A DNA stretch of 64,000 nucleotides from Gemmataceae bacterium. Its GTDB lineage: Bacteria; Planctomycetota; Planctomycetia; Gemmatales; Gemmataceae. The position numbers were made by a program, and so were the translations under genes. Below are positions 60,001 to 64,000 of the stretch, one piece after another (within the stretch, counting starts at the first letter, position 1; each line of letters starts with the position of its first letter). A model generated the notes under the pieces. That model was not told where the DNA came from, did no database searches, and saw nothing but the letters and a program-made list of their open reading frames with translations. Location of the stretch: contig JAXMAV010000033.1 in NCBI GenBank assembly GCA_046350255.1, forward strand, positions 5,587 to 69,586, given 5' to 3'.

Positions 60001-63000
60001 GCGGGAAAATCGATGGTGTCGAGCGCCTGGGCCAGGATCGCCTCGGCGGCGGTGTCGGTGTCCACCTCGTAGGCGCGGCCTAACCCCGCACTGTAGAAGC
60101 GCACATGCTCGGGAGGCGTGACAGGCAGCAGGTGCAAGGCGCGATAGGCCTCGGCCACGGGGCGCACCACCGGGCAGTGCATGGTGGTGGTTTCGGGCAC
60201 GGGCAACAGCGGACAGCCCAGCCGACGGGCGACGGCCTCGACGGCGGCGCGAGCACCGCCCAGGACACACTCGCGCGGAGTGTTCACGATGAGCAGATAG
60301 GCCCGCTCGTCTGGATGCAGAGCCGCCCGCACCTCGGCCGGCCCGCGTTCGACGACGGCGGTGCGCCAATCCACCTCCTCGCCAGGGGCGAGGTTCCAGG
60401 CCTTGCGGGCAGCGTGGCAGGGGCCGGTCAGGTCGGTGGTGAACAGGGTGGAGGCGCGGAGACGTTCTAGCATCTCGTCGCGGCCACGCCAGGCGCCCAA
60501 ACCAAAGAGCATCGACGACTCGCCGAGGCTGTAGCCGATGGCCGCAGCCGGACGAAGGCCCAGTGGACCGAGCAGCACGTCGCTGATGAGGGTGCCAACT
60601 GCCACCTGGGCAAAGATGCGCTCCTGAACGGAGCCCGGCTCCGGCGGATACTGGGCGGCCAGATCGCGGCTACCCTGGGCCTGGCGTTCCAGCACGGTGG
60701 GCCAGAAGACACCGAAGGTGCGGCCCATGCCCGGGAAGTCGTTGCCCGAACCAGGGTAGACGAGGGCCACCTCGGCGGTCGGCCCCAGGGGGTCGGGCGC
60801 GTAGAAGACTCGCTCGCGGCCAGGCTCCGCCGGCAGAGGCTGGCCGGGATGCATCTGCAGATGCGTGCGCGTTCGGGCGATCAACTCGTCCAGTTCGTGG
60901 CGATCGCGCGGCAAGAGGACAACCGCAAGCCGGCCCGGACTCGCTTCCCTGTCGCGCAGCCAGGCCCGTTGCAAGGCAGCCAGGGACTGACCGCCATGCC
61001 GTCGCGACCATGCTTCCAGGGTGTCGAGCCCAGCCAGCAGCGCCCGGACATTCTCGCCCTCCACCACCAGGAAGCCCTCGGGACGAGGCCACTGCGGAGG
61101 TGAACGATCCGACAAGACTTTTTCTCGCAGGAGCGCCCGCGCCTGACTGCCATCGCTACCCGAGGAGGAAACCACGGCTTCCCGGCTCCTGCTCGTCAGC
61201 CAATATCGGGGGCCGCCGCGTCCGGGGAGAACGGTGTGCGCCAGCGCCATCACCGCCCGGTAGACAGAGGTCAGCCCCGTGGTAGCACCGGCCTGGCCGA
61301 GCAGATCTTCGACCCCGGCCCAGGTGTCGGAACCCGCGCTGGTAGGCTGGCCCAGTTCGACCTGCGTCACCTGAGCCAGGCCCGTGGCGCCACGACGCAG
61401 CACCAGGGCGACAGCACCGTCGCATGTCGGTCGGCGATCCTGCCGGGACAGCACCGCGCGGACATCGCCGGGGAGGTCCACCGCGCCGACCAGGGCCGCG
61501 TCGATCTCCCCGCGTTCGAGGGCGGACACGGCCAGATGGAGCGCTGTGATACCAGAGGTCTCGGCGCTGGAGACGGTGAAGGACGGGCCGCCCAGCCGGA
61601 AGGCGCGGGCGATCCGACTGGCGGCGATGCTGGCCAGCGCCCCCATGGTCCGATTGGCGGTCAGCGGAGGGCTGGCGGCCTCGGCGAGCGCGGGGTCTTT
61701 CTCCAGCAGCGCCCAGCGCAGATGGAAGTTGGTGGTGTTCAGGTCCAGGCTCACGCCCAGGTAGACACCGGTGCGCAGGCGTTCGGCGTCGGTCAGCCGG
61801 GCGCTCTCCAGAGCGCGTCCAGCCACCTCCAGAGCCAGCACCTGCTGAGGCAGCATCTCCTCGACCTCACGAGGAGGGATGCGATAGCGTTCTACCGGCA
61901 GGCGCACCTCGTCGAGGAAGTAGCCCACCCGGCCGTCGGCGTCGATGCCCCACCAGTGGCGCGGCGGGCGTGGCGCCGGACGCTCGGCCACCTCCAGTAG
62001 CTCGGCGTCGTGCCAGGGTCCCAGGTGGGCCTGTGCGGCCACCACGTGGATGGGCAGGCGCTGAATCGGCTCTGACGGACGAGCATCGATCGGTGCGGAG
62101 CCACGGTACTCTTCGATCAGGAGGTGCGCGTTGATGCCGCCGAAGCCGAAGGCGCTCACGGCACAGCGGCGCGGTCTGCCTTCGCGCTGAGGCCAGGGCT
62201 CTGGCTGGACGAGTACGCGGAACGGCGACCGCGCCAGGTCCATGCCGGGGGGGGGTGTCTCGAAATTGGTGGTCGGCGGCAGTGTCTGGTGGTGCAGGGC
62301 CAGGAGCGCCCGGGCCAGTGCTGCAGCGCCGGCGCCAGTGAGTAGATGGCCCACGGTGGACTTGACCGCCCCGAGGACGCAGCGCCCGGAAGCGCCTCGA
62401 TAATCCTTCCACAGGGTAGAAAGACTCTGAAACTCCACCTTGTCGCCTACCGGGGTCCCCGTGGCGTGGCACTCAATGAAGTCCACCTCCTCGGGCTGCC
62501 AGCCTGCTTCCGCGTAGGCTGCCCGCATGGCCCGAACCTGCCCCTCGCTGGCCGGAGCGAGCAGGCCGCCTTCCACATCGTTGGACAGCCCCGCTCCGGC
62601 GATCACCCCCAGGATCCGGTCACCGTCGCGTCGGGCATCGTCGAGGCGCTTGAGCACGAAGACGCCGGCCCCCTCGCCGACCACCAAGCCATCACCGCGC
62701 GCGTCGAAGGGCGAGCAGCGGCCGGAGGGAGACAGCGCACGCAGCTGAGCGAAGCCCATCTGGGTGTAGAGACTATCAGGATGCGAGAGGCCACCGGCGA
62801 GCATGGCGTCGGCCCGACCCGAGGTCAGCTCGTCGGCGGCCAGCTTGATTGCGTACAGCGACGAGGCACAGGCGGCATCGAGCGTGAAGGTAGCCCCACC
62901 CAGGCCCAACGCCCTTGCGACGATACCAGCAGGCAGGCCGGTCACGTGGAGATTCAGCGGGTGAGGCAGCCCCTCGTCAATCCAGGGGTAGGGACGCTGC

Positions 63001-63443
63001 CACTGCTCGCAGAGGGCGCGACCCAGCAGATGCCGAGTGAGGGCCGAGGTCTTCTCGGTGGGCAGTGCGATGGCGCCGAGAATGACACCTACACGCCGAC
63101 GGTCGAGGGATGACGTCACCGCCGAGGCCCAGGCGCGCTGGCTGGCCTTCAGCGCCAGGATAAAGACCGGATCGAGCTGGCGCAGGAGGTCCGCCGGCAG
63201 TTGCAGTTCGGCGCCATCGACCGTGAACGGATCGAGAAAGCAGGCTCGCCGGGCAGGAACGTGATCGAGGCGGATCTCGCCCGGCGACCAGACGCGGTCG
63301 GGGTCCACCGCCCAGCGGCCCGGAGGCGGGTCACTCGCGGTGTCGCGGCGCTCCAGAGTGTTGCGCCAGAACTGCTCCAGGGTCGCCGCGCCCGGGAAGA
63401 GGCCGCCCAGGCCGACGATCGCGATGTGAGGCCGCGCAGGCAT
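57099..63443 (-). CDS. PUFA-synthase-like (pfa-type) megasynthase subunit: KS - CLF - AT - (pseudo-DH + FabA-type DH) x2
   Basis: Start ATG 63443 (MPARPHIAIVGLGGLFPG...). KS (nt ~62109-63434): 'DAACASSLYAIKLA' with Cys codon at 62868-70, 'ECHATGTPVGD', 'KSTVGHLLTGAG'. CLF (nt ~61155-62057): 'FTVSSAETSGITALHLA', Cys replaced by Glu. AT (nt ~59790-60782): 'GYSLGES'. FabA motifs: 'LTCHFVDDQVMPGTL' (His codon 58536-38) and 'FAAHFYQDPVMPGSL' (His codon 57402-04). Confidence 0.85.
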   Translation of the reverse strand: MPARPHIAIVGLGGLFPGAATLEQFWRNTLERRDTASDPPPGRWAVDPDRVWSPGEIRLDHVPARRACFLDPFTVDGAELQLPADLLRQLDPVFILALKASQRAWASAVTSSLDRRRVGVILGAIALPTEKTSALTRHLLGRALCEQWQRPYPWIDEGLPHPLNLHVTGLPAGIVARALGLGGATFTLDAACASSLYAIKLAADELTSGRADAMLAGGLSHPDSLYTQMGFAQLRALSPSGRCSPFDARGDGLVVGEGAGVFVLKRLDDARRDGDRILGVIAGAGLSNDVEGGLLAPASEGQVRAMRAAYAEAGWQPEEVDFIECHATGTPVGDKVEFQSLSTLWKDYRGASGRCVLGAVKSTVGHLLTGAGAAALARALLALHHQTLPPTTNFETPPPGMDLARSPFRVLVQPEPWPQREGRPRRCAVSAFGFGGINAHLLIEEYRGSAPIDARPSEPIQRLPIHVVAAQAHLGPWHDAELLEVAERPAPRPPRHWWGIDADGRVGYFLDEVRLPVERYRIPPREVEEMLPQQVLALEVAGRALESARLTDAERLRTGVYLGVSLDLNTTNFHLRWALLEKDPALAEAASPPLTANRTMGALASIAASRIARAFRLGGPSFTVSSAETSGITALHLAVSALERGEIDAALVGAVDLPGDVRAVLSRQDRRPTCDGAVALVLRRGATGLAQVTQVELGQPTSAGSDTWAGVEDLLGQAGATTGLTSVYRAVMALAHTVLPGRGGPRYWLTSRSREAVVSSSGSDGSQARALLREKVLSDRSPPQWPRPEGFLVVEGENVRALLAGLDTLEAWSRRHGGQSLAALQRAWLRDREASPGRLAVVLLPRDRHELDELIARTRTHLQMHPGQPLPAEPGRERVFYAPDPLGPTAEVALVYPGSGNDFPGMGRTFGVFWPTVLERQAQGSRDLAAQYPPEPGSVQERIFAQVAVGTLISDVLLGPLGLRPAAAIGYSLGESSMLFGLGAWRGRDEMLERLRASTLFTTDLTGPCHAARKAWNLAPGEEVDWRTAVVERGPAEVRAALHPDERAYLLIVNTPRECVLGGARAAVEAVARRLGCPLLPVPETTTMHCPVVRPVAEAYRALHLLPVTPPEHVRFYSAGLGRAYEVDTDTAAEAILAQALDTIDFPATIEAAYRDGVRVFVEVGPGGSCSRMIGQILAGRRHVARSACVPGPEPLAGLWRLAGQLVAERIPFDVAGLLGDPGDELPAEENQVIVPVGRRAFPSPPGTDPMPEPVVQAPVPAPFSPAPVEPRSFVPTRSEHGQDLERFATIHQAQAEAHAAFLRFDHTLRNTVSETLAFQGQLLELILQGAALAPMAVLEAPAPPVRADVVLDRDQCLEFAIGSIAQVLGADFAEVDAFPTRVRLPDEPLMLVDRIVALEGEPRSMSQGRVVTEHDIHPGAWYLDNGVIPTCLAVESGQADLFLSGYLGIDFHTRGLAVYRLLDAVVTFHRELPGPGETIRYDIHIDHFFRQDETYLFRFRFVGTVQGQPLLTMTDGCAGFFSSRELAAGKGVVQTALQLRPRPGVEPDDASHLPPQASATYDEQQLDALRQGNLADCFGPLFAHLPLTQPMRLPGGHMRLVHRIVALEPRGGQFGIGLIRGEADIHPDNWFLTCHFVDDQVMPGTLMYECCLHTLRVFLMRLGWVGEHDEVVCEPVPGVPSRLKCRGQVTASTRVVTYEVTLRERGYNPHAYAICNALMYADGKPIVEITDMCLQMRGLTRERIAGLWAGRAISTAPLYERRHILAFATGKPSEAFGDRYLPFDEERFIARLPAPPYSFLDRVTRLEAEPWVMAAGGLVEAEYDVPPQEWYFDAARAPVMPFSVLLEIPLQVCGWMSSYMGSALTSREPLHYRNLGGKATLHRVVTPQTGTLVSQVRCTRVASSGGMIIQDFDFQVRDAQGPLYEGSTTFGFFSAEALGQQIGVREARPYQPTAAEQARARSLAFPTEAPFPAPMLRMLEQVDLLVLDGGQAGLGYAEATKTVRPEEWFFAAHFYQDPVMPGSLGLESFLQLLEVVACERWQAGPHIHFEANLGTHTWIYRGQVIPRNRQVRVTLEVTACDDAARRLTARGFLSVDGLVIYRMDDFALVLVAR

Positions 63444-63468
63444 GATGCAGGCATCCTGTCGGGAACAA

Positions 63469-64000
63469 CTATCGGGCCGACGCCGGCGCGTTATGGCGGA
63501 AGGCCTCGGCGAGGTGGGCGTCGATGACGCTTTCGTACCCTTCCAGCCGCGCAATCAGCCGGCCGTCGAGGTCCACGATGTCGATGGTGGTCAGGGCGTG
63601 CAACTCGCTAGCACGGTTGACGGTGACGACGACCCGGGCCCCCTGCGCGGGGAAGCCACGCCGATACTGGCGGTAGCGCGACAGGAAGACGGGCAGGCTG
63701 GCAGCGCCACGGCGTTCCTGAGTCCAGACGATGACCAGCTGGAAGGCGGTGTCAAGTACCAGCGGGTCGCTCAGCCAGTGCTGACGAAGCGGCTGGCGCA
63801 TCCACTCGGGAGGCGGCGGTGCAGAGCGAACCACACCCATGATACCGGATTCACCACACCCCTCGACGCGGTCAATGCCCTGCAGGGCAGGACCATGGAA
63901 CAGCAGGCCACGACGATATAGCTCGGCCACGGGCATTGTGAAGGCACTCAGCTCAGGAGGCCTGGCAGCTTCGGGCGTTGGGGGCAGGTTGGCGGCCAGC
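63469..64000 (-). CDS. C-terminal PKS-type dehydratase (PS-DH) end of a PfaA-like megasynthase; 5' part outside the window
   Basis: The frame is open to nt 64000 (...LAANLPPTPEAARPPELSAFTMPVAELYRRGLLFHGPALQGI...). 'LFHGP.LQ.I' and 'DPLVLDTAFQL' are PS-DH second-half motifs. Stop lies 25 nt upstream of the next gene. Confidence 0.75.
   Translation of the reverse strand, partial: LAANLPPTPEAARPPELSAFTMPVAELYRRGLLFHGPALQGIDRVEGCGESGIMGVVRSAPPPPEWMRQPLRQHWLSDPLVLDTAFQLVIVWTQERRGAASLPVFLSRYRQYRRGFPAQGARVVVTVNRASELHALTTIDIVDLDGRLIARLEGYESVIDAHLAEAFRHNAPASAR

Overview
Visibly GC-rich chromosomal segment. The gene content points to a Planctomycetota, Gemmataceae-like genome; this is an inference and I could not run a search. 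The supporting signs are a DUF1559/prepilin-type protein ('[32 protein letters not shown]'), a TIGR02996-type N-terminal domain, 'LE.R..PA' N-terminal motifs on large secreted proteins, an ECF-sigma/Ser-Thr-kinase pair, and three Hanks-type kinases in 64 kb. I support about 45 protein-coding genes, tightly packed on both strands. Two of them run off the window edges and are missing or truncated in the ORF track: the WD40 kinase at nt 1-4205 and a PfaA-like C-terminus at 63469-64000. The track takes the most upstream ATG/GTG, so I shortened many N-termini using RBS, terminator and neighbouring-gene evidence. Housekeeping blocks: hemF; skp-lpxC; secG; yicC-gmk-rpoZ; ribBA; a fadB-like gene; an amino-acid ABC transporter. 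Accessory or less ordinary content: (i) an ECF sigma factor followed by a kinase carrying a ZAS-type HxxxCxxC motif, a TM helix and 14 WD40 repeats; (ii) a 1814-aa secreted protein with an internal ~340-aa duplication and two six-bladed NHL propellers; (iii) a 766-aa secreted protein made of at least 16 LTxxQ-type helical motifs; (iv) a 469-bp internally deleted IS630-family remnant with TA flanks, inserted exactly at that gene's stop codon; (v) a translationally coupled operon of TPR-Ser/Thr kinase, GAF-like/HN-GYP (degenerate HD-GYP) protein and secreted HExxH metalloprotease; (vi) an acidic 537-aa protein with adhesin-type modules but no signal peptide; (vii) an unlisted 51-aa ORF with its own RBS and terminator; (viii) a PUFA-synthase-like (pfa-type) megasynthase locus at the right edge, with a 2114-aa KS-CLF-AT-4xhotdog protein. 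I found no rRNA, tRNA, CRISPR array, prophage block or recognisable named defence system. The best candidates for something mechanistically new are (v), (i) and (viii). All functional calls come from motif recognition by eye and need HMM/BLAST confirmation.
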